Shown here in pieces: positions 51,534 through 61,633 of a DNA stretch of 64,000 bases; the stretch's first letter is position 1, and every line of letters begins with the position of its first letter. The notes under the pieces were generated by a model. The model saw only the letters and a list, made by a program, of their open reading frames with translations. It was not told the DNA's origin and ran no database searches. The position numbers were made by a program, and so were the translations under genes. This DNA is from Bythopirellula sp. (lineage in GTDB: Bacteria; Planctomycetota; Planctomycetia; Pirellulales; Lacipirellulaceae): NCBI GenBank assembly GCA_965216565.1, contig OZ244170.1, positions 4,384,001-4,448,000 of the forward strand, written 5' to 3'.

Positions 51534-52640
51534 ATGGCACGTGTAGTTCTAGCAATGTCTGGAGGCGTTGATTCAAGCGTCGCGGCCCATCTCCTGTGCG
51601 AGGCGGGCCACGAAGTCGTCGGCGTATTTATGCGCCACGGTCAGCAGTCGCCTGTAGCTTGTGAAAGCGAAGGACAGGCTTCGCAGTTGCCAATTATTAA
51701 TCGGCTCGACCACAAGCAGGGTTGCTGTACGGCCGCAGATGCTGAGGATGCACGCCGGGTGGCCGACCGGCTGAGTATTCCGTTCTATGCCCTTAATTTG
51801 AACGAAGAATTCACTCGTATTATTGATTACTTTGTTGACGAATACACGGCTGGGCGGACTCCGAATCCCTGTGTGCAGTGCAACAACTGGATCAAGTTTG
51901 GCAAGCTGTTCGACTATGCCGACAGCATCGAAGCCGAGTTTGTTGCTACTGGTCATTATGCGAGACTCCAAGCCTCTGACGACGGATCCTCGGCCCTGCT
52001 CCGCGGCTGCGACGATGGCAAAGATCAGTCGTATGTGTTGTTCGGAATTCGTCGTGAATTGTTGCCAAGGATGCTGTTGCCTGTTGGCAGTTTTCAGAAA
52101 CCCGAGATTCGCCGCATTGCTGGGACCCTTGGTCTAAACGTCGCTGAAAAAAAGGATAGCCAGGAAATCTGCTTCGTCACCAGCGGTCGTTACGACGAGT
52201 TTATTCGCAGCCGCGTCGATGATTTGGATACGGGGGGTGAATTGGTGACGACTGATGGCACCGTCGTCGGACAGCACCAAGGCATCGAAGGTTTTACCGT
52301 CGGCCAGCGCAAGGGGTTGGGTGTTGCGCTTGGCGAACCGAAGTTCGTTGTGCGTATCGAACCAGATACGCGTCGTGTTGTATTGGGAGATCGTGAGGAA
52401 TTGGGCCAAACAGCTTTAACCGCAGCTAATTGCAATTGGCTCGTAAAGATAGAAGATGTTCCCACTCGCTGCCTGGCACAGATTCGATACAACTCGCCTC
52501 CGGCATCTGCCACCGTTGAAATCCTGTCTAATGCACGTCTCGCCGTAAACTTCGACGAACCTCAGTTCGGCGTCACTCCAGGTCAAGCGGTGGTTTGCTA
52601 CGATGGTCCGCGCACCCTGGGCGGTGGTTGGATTGAGTGA
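51534..52640 (+). CDS. mnmA: tRNA-specific 2-thiouridylase
   Basis: AMSGGVDSS, TPNPCV.CN, ATGHY, KDQSY, SQEICF, TPGQ. Confidence 0.97.
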   Translation: MARVVLAMSGGVDSSVAAHLLCEAGHEVVGVFMRHGQQSPVACESEGQASQLPIINRLDHKQGCCTAADAEDARRVADRLSIPFYALNLNEEFTRIIDYFVDEYTAGRTPNPCVQCNNWIKFGKLFDYADSIEAEFVATGHYARLQASDDGSSALLRGCDDGKDQSYVLFGIRRELLPRMLLPVGSFQKPEIRRIAGTLGLNVAEKKDSQEICFVTSGRYDEFIRSRVDDLDTGGELVTTDGTVVGQHQGIEGFTVGQRKGLGVALGEPKFVVRIEPDTRRVVLGDREELGQTALTAANCNWLVKIEDVPTRCLAQIRYNSPPASATVEILSNARLAVNFDEPQFGVTPGQAVVCYDGPRTLGGGWIE

Positions 52641-52944
52641 GTATTTCTCGGCAGCACCTAAAGAGATTGAAAAAAGAGGGGCCCCTCTTCTACTAGCTCG
52701 AAGCTCCGATTTGTCGACGCACGACGTGTTGCGGGTGGGGCACTGCGATCTCGCGAGCGAAGAGACTTACCGCATTTGGGTGCCGGCCGGGCAGTATCCC
52801 ACACGGAAGTTCCTTGGCCATCGCAGTCTGTTATCAACCGATCCCCGCAAACATTGGCCGACGTGACAGGAGGAATTCTAACTGCCCGCGTGGCCAATTG
52901 CTAAAGCACTTTTTGGCCACTAGTACCACACCGCAGTGTTGGTA

Positions 52945-53068
52945 GTCAAAAAAGGGACTGGCTCGACGCACGAATTCGGTTGGGCCCCTTCGCGCACGTA
53001 GTGTCGTCGTGCCTGTCCCTTTTTTGACGGGCCATTGGTAGCCGCCGCTTGAAATGGGGACAGGCACG
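52945..53068. repeat. MITE/REP-like element with 24-bp inverted repeats plus a third half-copy
   Basis: gtcaaaaaagggactggctcgacg / cgtcgtgcctgtcccttttttgac (22/24 complementary); gaaatggggacaggcacg. Confidence 0.75.
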
Positions 53069-53212
53069 CGATTGCGGCCAGATGTGATCATCTACAAACA
53101 TGACTCTGCAATCACGAGCCAGTTCCCGTTTCAGGTTCACCCTGCGCTCTAATGCTTAGTGAGCCGTGGCGTCCCTGCCCGCAGTGCACCGACTTGGGGA
53201 CAAGTCGGCTCG

Positions 53213-53782
53213 CTACGCAGGCTTGGGTTTGATGATCGCTGCTGTGGCGAGGCCCATTACGAGGGCTGCTCCCAGCGTGTAGGCGGAGTTACCGAGACTG
53301 TACTGCAACGAATGGAACCACCAGACAGCGTCACCCCCATTGGCCCAGACGGCAGAGATTAGTCCCACCAGTAAAACAAATCCCACGCGCCCTGCATAGC
53401 TAGGGAAACGATCTACGACAAGCGACACCAAGATTGAAGTGAGCAATGCCACTACGAAATAGTGGCCGAGCCCTTTGCCCATTACGGCCGGCGACATCAC
53501 GGGCCCGCCTTCGGCTCGATAGGCCATCTGTAGAATCGGGCCTTCCTCGTGCTTGCGTTCCCACTCTGCGTGGGCATCTTCTTGGCTCGGGTCGACGGGC
53601 ATCGGATAGACGTACATGCCGGTCGGCGTTCGCTTGCTTCTTAAAACTGCGGTGACGTCCTCTTCCGCGGGCAAGGGCTCCATTAGTTTGGAGCCCATAT
53701 CTGCCAGGCCCCAAAAGAAGAAGCCCCACATGAACATCAGGACGGCAGAGAGTACAGACGCAGTAAGAATCCGGCCAACCAT
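53213..53782 (-). CDS. Hypothetical membrane protein
   Basis: Four hydrophobic segments; GGAGG SD. Confidence 0.8.
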   Translation of the reverse strand: MVGRILTASVLSAVLMFMWGFFFWGLADMGSKLMEPLPAEEDVTAVLRSKRTPTGMYVYPMPVDPSQEDAHAEWERKHEEGPILQMAYRAEGGPVMSPAVMGKGLGHYFVVALLTSILVSLVVDRFPSYAGRVGFVLLVGLISAVWANGGDAVWWFHSLQYSLGNSAYTLGAALVMGLATAAIIKPKPA

Positions 53783-53846
53783 AGCTAAGCCTCCCCTAAA
53801 AATACGCGTTTAACCAGCGAATTAGCTAATTGAGTTTGATGAACGG

Positions 53847-54728
53847 CTAGGACGTGGCAGTTTCGGACTTCACGCTCGAGATTTCCGACAAAAACTGCTT
53901 CATCGACTGCAATCGATTTTCTTGCTCAGAAATCAAACACCTGTGGATGGCGGCGCTGATTTTGGGGTTAATATCGGGACAACATTGGTCCAGCGGAGTC
54001 GGCTCGCTTTGCCCGTGGCTCATCGCGGCCAATCCATCTCCGCTGCCTTTCTGCCAGGGCAGATTGAACGAGAACATCTCGTACATCGAAACCCCGAAGG
54101 AAAAGATGTCGAGCCGTTGATCGGTTGTCTTGCGGCGAACGACTTCCGGAGCCATGTAGTTGGGCGTGCCAGTACGGATTCCCGGCTGCATGAACTCCTT
54201 GCGGGAAGGGACCGTGAGGCCAAAATCGATGAGTTTCATCGAGTCGGCTTCCGGGGCACAGACAAAATTGCGGGGGCACACGTCGCGGTGAATGTACCCA
54301 GCCTCGTGAACTGCCATCAGAGCCTCGGCACCTTGCCGCATGAGAGTGAGTCGATTTCCATCGAGTTTCTCGCTCCGACCGATAATTAGCGAGTTGAGCC
54401 CCGGGCCATCGAGAAACTCCATGACCACGAATTGCTCGCCCTTTGTGGTAATACCATGTCCAAGCGTACGGACGATATAGGGATGATCCATGGACATGGA
54501 GATTTGCCCTTCGGTGGGTTTCTCCAGTCCGCGAAATCGCATCTCGAGCTGATCGGTCTTATCCTTGTCGAGAATCTTGAGCCCAACGATTTGCTCGGTT
54601 TCCCGATCTCTGGCCATGTAGAACTTGCTCATGGTGCCGGAGACGGCTTCGCGGAGAATTTCGTAGCGTCGGCCGATGTCGACCTTGCCGCCTTCGAGAA
54701 TCGATTTAAAAAAAGAGGAAATTCCCAT
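53847..54728 (-). CDS. Ser/Thr protein kinase
   Basis: VGLK, HRDVCPRN, DFG, GTPNYMAPE, DIFSFG. Confidence 0.92.
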   Translation of the reverse strand: MGISSFFKSILEGGKVDIGRRYEILREAVSGTMSKFYMARDRETEQIVGLKILDKDKTDQLEMRFRGLEKPTEGQISMSMDHPYIVRTLGHGITTKGEQFVVMEFLDGPGLNSLIIGRSEKLDGNRLTLMRQGAEALMAVHEAGYIHRDVCPRNFVCAPEADSMKLIDFGLTVPSRKEFMQPGIRTGTPNYMAPEVVRRKTTDQRLDIFSFGVSMYEMFSFNLPWQKGSGDGLAAMSHGQSEPTPLDQCCPDINPKISAAIHRCLISEQENRLQSMKQFLSEISSVKSETATS

Positions 54729-54850
54729 GCGCGTGGCCAATTCTTAGAGAGGAAAGCGAGGCGAGCACATCTTGTATGATTGCTATCCCGTTACATCAGA
54801 TGTTGTGTTTTTCATGCAATGGGAAAACCGAAAACGGAAAATCCCGGTGG

Positions 54851-55702
54851 CTATTTACCGCAATAGTCAATCGCACGGGCAATTTCGCTCTTCAAATCAC
54901 TGCGGGGGACGATGCGATCGATGTATCCGTGCTCGAGCAAAAACTCGCTAGTCTGAAAACCTTCGGGCAATTCAATGCGGATGGTGGCTTTGATCGTACG
55001 TGGCCCGGCAAATCCGATAAGCGCTTTCGGCTCGGCAAAGGTCAGGTCACCGAGTGAAGCAAAACTGGCGGCGACGCCTCCCATGGTGGGATTGGTAAGG
55101 ACCGAAATGAATAGCCCGCCAGCTTCTCCGTATTTTGCCAGTGCCGCGGATATCTTTGCCATTTGCATCAGCGAGTAAATGCCTTCGTGCATGCGAGCCC
55201 CACCGCCCGAGCCGCTAATGATAATGAGAGCTAAGTTTTCGACGGTCGCTTTTTCGACGAGTCGCGTCAGTCGTTCGCCGACGACCGAGCCCATGCTGCC
55301 CATGATGAATGCCGAATCGGTAACGCCAACCGCGACCCGACGTGCTCGAATCATTCCGGAACCGGTCAATACGGCGTCGCGTAGTCCCGTTCGTTTTTGC
55401 TCAGCGACGAGTCGGTCTTTGTATTTCTTTTTGTCTTCAAACTCCAAAGGATCGATGGGCGTCAGGTTGCCGTCCCATTCCTCAAACGTGCCTTCGTCGA
55501 GTACGCCATTGATGCGGTCCTTGGCGGAGAGATACATGTGGTACCCGCATTCGGGGCACACGTTCATGAGCCGCTCGGCTTCCTTGCGGAAGATCATCGC
55601 CCCGCAATCCTTGCATCTCAGCCAGAGGCCGCCAGGCACGCCACGCTTTTCGCGTGCGGGTTTAAGCGTGTCGCCAGATTTTTCCGATTCACCGATAGCC
55701 AT
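54851..55702 (-). CDS. accD: Acetyl-CoA carboxylase carboxyltransferase beta subunit
   Basis: GLWLRC..C...CPEC zinc finger, [31 protein letters not shown]. Confidence 0.97.
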   Translation of the reverse strand: MAIGESEKSGDTLKPAREKRGVPGGLWLRCKDCGAMIFRKEAERLMNVCPECGYHMYLSAKDRINGVLDEGTFEEWDGNLTPIDPLEFEDKKKYKDRLVAEQKRTGLRDAVLTGSGMIRARRVAVGVTDSAFIMGSMGSVVGERLTRLVEKATVENLALIIISGSGGGARMHEGIYSLMQMAKISAALAKYGEAGGLFISVLTNPTMGGVAASFASLGDLTFAEPKALIGFAGPRTIKATIRIELPEGFQTSEFLLEHGYIDRIVPRSDLKSEIARAIDYCGK

Positions 55703-56001
55703 GGTCTCGTTATGTAAAGCCACCTGCAGGACGCTTTTTTAAGGTTCAGTCGACTGAATTCGCTAGATAGATAGTATATCAGGCGCGACGACCGAATTGT
55801 AAGGGGAAAGAGGGGGGTGGAAAGTGAAGGGAGAAAAGGGAATGCGGAGGGGAAATAGCAAGCCCAGAACGCCAGCGACGGGATGGGTACAGGGAGGCAA
55901 AGTCCAGGGTATTGTGACTGCCAGTTTTGATTCACAGGAGGACACAGAGGACACGGAAAAGCATGGATCTTGAAGCAGGCATCTAGAAATAGATATCTGT
56001 C

Positions 56002-56092
56002 AGCCCCGATAGGGGCGGCAGAGAATAGCCCGAGGCGTCAGCCCGGGTTCAAAGATTCCAACCATCAACCAATAGCCCTGAAAGGGCGACAG
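56002..56092 (+). repeat. About 90-bp triple-hairpin element, copy 2
   Basis: agccccgataggggcggcagagaatagccc...tagccctgaaagggcgacag. Confidence 0.8.
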
Positions 56093-56176
56093 ACTCTGTT
56101 TGTCTACCGCGGAGGGCGCGGAGAATACAGAGGGAACGAAATGTGGGGTGGGCCATCGATTGGCCCTGCAGAGCGA

Positions 56177-56935
56177 CTATTCCTCTTCTAGGCCTTCTAG
56201 CAACGCTTGGATCTGTTCCAGAGATTCTCGGTTTGCAAACGTCAGGGCATTGATCGAAGCTTTTGAGAGAATCTGCCCCTGCACCAGGTTTGATGTCTCC
56301 TGGGCAAAGTCGGCATCTTCGATCTGGCTCAATGCTTCCGTGCTGATAGCAATTTGATCCTTGCGCATTTGTTCGAAGAGTGTTTGCGTTTTTTGATAGG
56401 CTCCTGCTGCAGCTCGGGAATGGCTTAGCCCGCCAAGCTGACCTTCCACCAATTCGGTTGCCGCCGAGATGTCCCCATTGATAACGTTTGCCGAGCCAGT
56501 TTCGCGCAATTCCTTGAGACTTGTGGAATCGGCGACGCCTTCAACTCGATCTGCGATCTGACCAATGGCATCGAGCGAGGCATCAATTTCTTGTTGGAGG
56601 GCACGACTTTCGGTTGCCGAATTCAAGGGACTGGCTGCGGAGACGAGATTGCCGCGAATCCCATGGAGCGTCGCTTGAACTTCGGAAAGGGCCGACTCGC
56701 GTATGCGAACTTCAAACCGTCCCCCAGCGGCGGCGCGGGATTGCGCGTGCAGGTCGACAATGTCGCCGCGTAACTGCTCTGCCGCTACAAAGCCGGCGGG
56801 ATCGTCACCGGGGCGATTGATCCTCTTGCCGGTGCTCAGACGTTCGAGCGATTTGGCAACGCGATCGTTGTTGCGATTGAATTGCTTGAGCAACTGTCCG
56901 CTACGACCGGCTGTATTGGGAGTGATTGCGTTCAA
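56177..56935 (-). CDS. Short flagellin-like protein
   Basis: LERLSTGKRIN...DDPAG and SQIEDADFAQE flagellin N- and C-terminal motifs. Confidence 0.85.
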   Translation of the reverse strand: MNAITPNTAGRSGQLLKQFNRNNDRVAKSLERLSTGKRINRPGDDPAGFVAAEQLRGDIVDLHAQSRAAAGGRFEVRIRESALSEVQATLHGIRGNLVSAASPLNSATESRALQQEIDASLDAIGQIADRVEGVADSTSLKELRETGSANVINGDISAATELVEGQLGGLSHSRAAAGAYQKTQTLFEQMRKDQIAISTEALSQIEDADFAQETSNLVQGQILSKASINALTFANRESLEQIQALLEGLEEE

Positions 56936-57218
56936 TGAATGCAGTTTCTGTCGCAGGCTAAATAGCGGGTCATGTTGAGGGCAAGAACGTTGCTAGAGTT
57001 CCGCTGCACCGCATTGATTTTGCGGTGTCTTGGCAGACACCGCCAACCCAAGCCGGAACGGGTATTGAGTCAATGCTCTAGTTGTAACTCTCGACACTCG
57101 ATAGTGCGTAGTTCGGCGGAACCGAGCAAATTTTCAGGCCACACGAATCGACTGCCGCGTTGCGTGCCGCATGTGCGTATTAGAGCAACTTTGCGGCCTA
57201 CGCTTTGGCGCTTTCCGC

Positions 57219-57246
57219 TAGCCGGAGGCACACTTGCCTCCGGCTA
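57219..57246. repeat. Family-C hairpin
   Basis: TAGCCGGAGGCA-CACT-TGCCTCCGGCTA; also at about 59032 and 63085. Confidence 0.85.
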
Positions 57247-57320
57247 GGAAGCGTGAATGCTCGATCAAACCGAGAGGCAGACACGATGTTATTGCATGCG
57301 CTGAAGCAGGCTCGCCTGGG

Positions 57321-57899
57321 TTACGACGCGGCCACTTCGGCGGGCATTTCTAGGAGTTCCCACTGAGGGCTGTCTTGATTGTCGCTGCCCCATAAGTCGG
57401 CAACCGCTTCTTGGGCGAGCATGCTGTGCATGACGGACATCAAGGGCTCGGCTACTAAGATACCGATTGTGGCGTCCTTGTGCTTTTTGGCCAGCTTCGT
57501 GAGTGCTGTTTGCACCCGCTCGCGGACTTGCTTCACGGTTTCGCCGTCGGGTGGGCAAACCGATTCGGGTCGCTCCTGCCACTGCTTATAGACCTTGGGC
57601 TGCTTGGTCTTCACATCGTCAATCAACATCCCTTGCCATAGGCCATGGTCCAGGTTTTGGAAGGCGTCGAGCTTTTTCGTTTTGAGATCCAATTTTTGAT
57701 TAACTATTTCGGTGGATTGCTGCACGCACCGGCAGGGGCCGTAGTACAGGATATCGATCTGCTGCTCGCGGAGGGCATCGGCCAGGTCTTCGACTTGTTT
57801 GCGACCATCTTCGCTCAGCGGCACATCCAGCGTGCCTTGAATGCGGCCTTGGCATTCGTATTCGGTGTTGCCGGATCGTATGAGTAGAACCTTCAGCAT
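57321..57899 (-). CDS. Histidine phosphatase (phosphoglycerate mutase) family protein
   Basis: LIRSG.T...QG..DVPLS..G..Q; G.WQG; PPDGET. Confidence 0.85.
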   Translation of the reverse strand: MLKVLLIRSGNTEYECQGRIQGTLDVPLSEDGRKQVEDLADALREQQIDILYYGPCRCVQQSTEIVNQKLDLKTKKLDAFQNLDHGLWQGMLIDDVKTKQPKVYKQWQERPESVCPPDGETVKQVRERVQTALTKLAKKHKDATIGILVAEPLMSVMHSMLAQEAVADLWGSDNQDSPQWELLEMPAEVAAS

Positions 57900-57926
57900 C
57901 TTCGCATCTTTCTATAGTGTTCGGGT

Positions 57927-58634
57927 TTAGGCGGCCGCCTGGGCCAAGTCGGTAAGTTGTTGGAAACTAGCCTTGTAGTCGTCGCCGCCTGTAATGGCCG
58001 AACCGGCGACCAGTAAGTCGGTGCCGGCACGGACGCAATTCTGAATGGTTTCGTCGTTCACGCCGCCGTCGACTTCGATGAGTAGGGAGTCGTTGGCCGA
58101 GGAGCGGATCGTTTGTATTTTTTCGAGTGCGACAGGGTCGAATTTCTGTCCGCCGAAGCCAGGCATCACGCTCATCACGAGAGCGAAGTCGCAGTGTTCC
58201 AACACAGGAAGCACTTGCTCGACGGGTGTGGGTGGGTTGAGGACAATCCCGGCCGCAGCACCGGAAGTGCGGATTTGCTCGAGTAGTTTTGGAGCCTCGT
58301 CGGTTACTTCAATATGGAACGACACCATGTTGGCGCCCGCCTCGACGTAGCGAGTGACGTAGTCCGCGGGATTGGCGATCATCAAATGAACGTCCAATGG
58401 CAAGTTAGTGATGCTGCGAATGGATTCGACCAGCGGCAATCCGAAGGACAGATTGGGCACGAAGTGGCCATCCATCACATCCAGGTGGAGGGCACTGGCG
58501 CCGGCATCTTCCAGGCGACGAATCTCGCGCTCCAAGTGGCCGAAGTCGCACATCAACAGCGATGGCAATACGGCAGGAACTGCCGACCGTAGTGCTGCGA
58601 GTTGAGGAGATTCAGATTTCACTGCATCGACCAT
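57927..58634 (-). CDS. rpe: Ribulose-phosphate 3-epimerase
   Basis: HLDVMDGHFVPN, DVHLM, MSV.PGFGGQ, EVDGG. Confidence 0.97.
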   Translation of the reverse strand: MVDAVKSESPQLAALRSAVPAVLPSLLMCDFGHLEREIRRLEDAGASALHLDVMDGHFVPNLSFGLPLVESIRSITNLPLDVHLMIANPADYVTRYVEAGANMVSFHIEVTDEAPKLLEQIRTSGAAAGIVLNPPTPVEQVLPVLEHCDFALVMSVMPGFGGQKFDPVALEKIQTIRSSANDSLLIEVDGGVNDETIQNCVRAGTDLLVAGSAITGGDDYKASFQQLTDLAQAAA

Positions 58635-58988
58635 TTGCCAACCTTGAGAATAAGATGCTACGCACCGTGGTAGTTTGCTCTGAAATTTGCCATGGGGTGA
58701 AGCGAGTCAATCGACCAGCGAGGGATGGGCACAGTCATCGGGCGGGAATTCCGCTGACAGGTTTGGGAGAGGTAATACTGTGCGTAGCGATGAAAGCCCT
58801 CGGGCAGGTATCTGGCAGCTATTTAATTATCCAATGGGGAAGCGGGAGATTCTAGCAGCCTGCTTGCTTGGAGTCAGGGCGAAAAACGACCCAAAATGCG
58901 TAAGTTCAGAGCTAGTAGGCACTTACTCTAGATAGAGGGCGGACGACTCGCTGTCCAGTTTGGCTTGTTGAAGGGGTGAAGATTAGCT

Positions 58989-59057
58989 GGACCGCCATAG
59001 TCTACCCGCCGTGGTGGGCGGTCCGCGGGGCGCCGGAGGCAGGTGTGCCTCCGGCTA
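58989..59057 (+). repeat. About 70-bp composite element, copy 1
   Basis: Homologous to revcomp of 63083-63152. Confidence 0.8.
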
Positions 59058-59093
59058 GGTAGTAGGCTCTCGCGCTGCGTCGACACTCTGCAA

Positions 59094-59822
59094 CTACTGG
59101 TCGTCTAGATCTTCGCTGCTCGGCAGATCCTTGGGGCTGGCGATGCCGAAGAGTTGGTTGAATCTGTCTGTGGTGAGATAGCTTGGCTTTTTCACACTCT
59201 CTTCTGCCCTTTCCAGCCGAAGTAGTTGCCGACGGACAAGATGGTTGAGCAAGGTGTTGCTACGCGAACCGCGCAGCTTGTTGACCCGTTCCGCGGTGAT
59301 CGGCTGGCGATAGGCCACGATGGAAAGCACTTCGATCGATTGCGGAGTGAGTTTAACTTCCCGCACCGGCCTCTGGAATCTTCTCCGGACTGTCTTGAAC
59401 TCCTCAGCAATCTGCATTTGGTAGCCCGGGCCATTGCTAATGATGCGGTAGGCAGTGCCCGCCTGTTCGTACTCGTCGTTGAGTTCCTCAACGAGTGCGT
59501 CAACTTCGGTAGGCGAAACATCGCGGATGTACGTTGCTAGTTGGCGACTGGTGATCGGACGGCTGTCTTCGGAACCGACAAACAGCATGCCTTCGACAAT
59601 CATTCGCGGAGAAACCACCTCGCCCACTTCATCGTAGTCCGAGAGCGAGTCGACTTTGTCCAGACGATCGGCAACTTCGTCGGTCGAAGCCGGCTGAGGT
59701 TCGTTGCTAGTAAGGCGAGCGAAGGCAGCCGAGAGACGATGCAGGGAGAATCGACCGCCCGAATCGTTTTCCGATTCGTCCTTGTCGTGGGCAGCGCCGG
59801 TGCTGGTGTCTTTCTTCGCCAT
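59094..59822 (-). CDS. scpB: SMC-Scp complex subunit ScpB
   Basis: VEGMLF...EVLSIVAYRQPIT...RG...Y.TT..F..LFG..S..DLP. Confidence 0.9.
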   Translation of the reverse strand: MAKKDTSTGAAHDKDESENDSGGRFSLHRLSAAFARLTSNEPQPASTDEVADRLDKVDSLSDYDEVGEVVSPRMIVEGMLFVGSEDSRPITSRQLATYIRDVSPTEVDALVEELNDEYEQAGTAYRIISNGPGYQMQIAEEFKTVRRRFQRPVREVKLTPQSIEVLSIVAYRQPITAERVNKLRGSRSNTLLNHLVRRQLLRLERAEESVKKPSYLTTDRFNQLFGIASPKDLPSSEDLDDQ

Positions 59823-60048
59823 GGGGGGATCATAGTTGCAAGCAATTTCCGCGGGCAAGATCAAGCTGCTATGGGAGAAGTTTTGACAACCCCAATGCAC
59901 AGGCACAGCCAGTACCGCCCCTCCTGCATCAAGAAGAACTTCGATCACTGCTAGCAGGGCAAGCTGATCTCGACAGGGGGTTGGGGTCTCGGTACACAAC
60001 GCTCGATGTGATCCCCTAGTTTGTCTGTATGTCTATAGAGAACGAGAA

Positions 60049-61008
60049 ATGAACACTGTCTTGCTAGTTCAAGCTGCAGAGAAATCAGCCGCTGCCGGTG
60101 CCCAGGTGGCCGGCCAAGTGAATCCCACCAACTCCGATGCCGTACGTGCGGCGGCGTTAGAGAATATTCGTCAATTGCATTTCACCGATCTATCGACGAC
60201 GGATTGGATTTACGTAGCAGAGTATTACGGCTTGCGAGTAGCGTTCGTATTGGTGCTGATGATTCTGGCTTGGACCATCTCTGGCTGGGCGTCCGCATTG
60301 GTGCGTCGGGGCCTGGCGCGGATACGATTTGACGAGACACTGAGCAAATTTCTGGCGAAGCTCGTGCGATGGCTGATTCTGCTGCTCGTGGGGCTAACGT
60401 GCGTTAGCTATTTTGGGATCGATACTACCAGTTTCGCCGCCGTGCTGGGTGCCGCAGGTTTGGCGATTGGCTTGGCGTTTCAAGGCACGCTGTCGAATTT
60501 TGCGGCCGGCGGTATGTTGCTCATCTTCCGCCCGTTTAAGGTGGGTGACGTAGTAAAGATTGCGGACATCCTAGGCACCGTGAACGAGATCGCGCTGTTC
60601 ACAACGGAGATCGATACGTTCGATGGACGGCGGATGATTATTCCCAATAGTGAGATCTATGGTTCGGTAATCGAAAACATTACCTACCACCCAAGGCGGC
60701 GTGTCGATGTGCCGGTGGGTGCTTCTTACGAAGCGGACATTGATGAAACTCGTCAAGCGCTAGAACGTGCGATTGCGGCTGTGGCCGAAGTGGTCGACGA
60801 CCCAGAGCCCGCGGCTGTAATCACCGGCCTAGGGGGATCGAGCGTCGATTGGGAGGTTCGGGCTTGGGCCCGGCAGAAGGACTTCGGCATTGCCAAACAG
60901 GCACTGATTCGCTCGGTGAAAGTGGAGTTGGATCGGACTGGCATTGGCATCCCGTATCCACAGATGGACGTCCATCTCGATTCGCCTCCAGCGTCGGACG
61001 CAGCATAA
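60049..61008 (+). CDS. mscS: Small-conductance mechanosensitive channel
   Basis: GAAGLAIGLAFQGTLSNFA.G..L...RPFKVGD, IPNS, IPYPQ. Confidence 0.93.
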   Translation: MNTVLLVQAAEKSAAAGAQVAGQVNPTNSDAVRAAALENIRQLHFTDLSTTDWIYVAEYYGLRVAFVLVLMILAWTISGWASALVRRGLARIRFDETLSKFLAKLVRWLILLLVGLTCVSYFGIDTTSFAAVLGAAGLAIGLAFQGTLSNFAAGGMLLIFRPFKVGDVVKIADILGTVNEIALFTTEIDTFDGRRMIIPNSEIYGSVIENITYHPRRRVDVPVGASYEADIDETRQALERAIAAVAEVVDDPEPAAVITGLGGSSVDWEVRAWARQKDFGIAKQALIRSVKVELDRTGIGIPYPQMDVHLDSPPASDAA

Positions 61009-61132
61009 GTGGTTGGCGAAAATCTTTGGGTTTGATTCTCTTGGAATCGAGTCGGCCATTGTCCTGGATGGCCGCTGGCGGTAGGTTGGGCGCTTATTGG
61101 ATGCCTCGCCTTCGCTCCCACAAAGTGCCGCC

Positions 61133-61507
61133 ATGGATATCAAGAACTTGGCCGAAGTTCCGGCGTCTACAACCAAAGATGGCTCGGAGATCCGCGAACT
61201 GCTGGCCCATCGCAATTCGGTAATTGTTAATCAAAGCCTGGCCGAGGCGCGATTACCGATCGGTGCCAGCACGGCCCCGCACTACCACCCCAAGTGCGAA
61301 GAGATCTACTACCTGACCGATGGCCGCGGACGTGTGCAGGTAGAGGATGACACCCAAGAAGTAGGCCCAGGCGATGCGATCGCGATCCCACCCGGGGCAC
61401 GACATCAAATCACAAATATCGGCGCCGAGACACTGAGGTTCCTTTGTTGCTGCGCACCTACCTACGAAGACGACGACACTGTGATGGTCGATGATTGGCC
61501 GAGTTGA
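61133..61507 (+). CDS. Cupin domain protein
   Basis: HYH...EEIYY...G.G...GD.I.IPPG..H. Confidence 0.9.
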   Translation: MDIKNLAEVPASTTKDGSEIRELLAHRNSVIVNQSLAEARLPIGASTAPHYHPKCEEIYYLTDGRGRVQVEDDTQEVGPGDAIAIPPGARHQITNIGAETLRFLCCCAPTYEDDDTVMVDDWPS

Positions 61508-61633
61508 GTGGCGAAGCTAGAAGAGTGAAACAAGAGAGTTGAATCAACTTTGGATTTAGAATGCCCCCTCCCCTCGCCCCTCCCCTGCAGACGGGGGAGG
61601 GGAAATAGGTGGCAGAATAAGGATGACTGAGCT

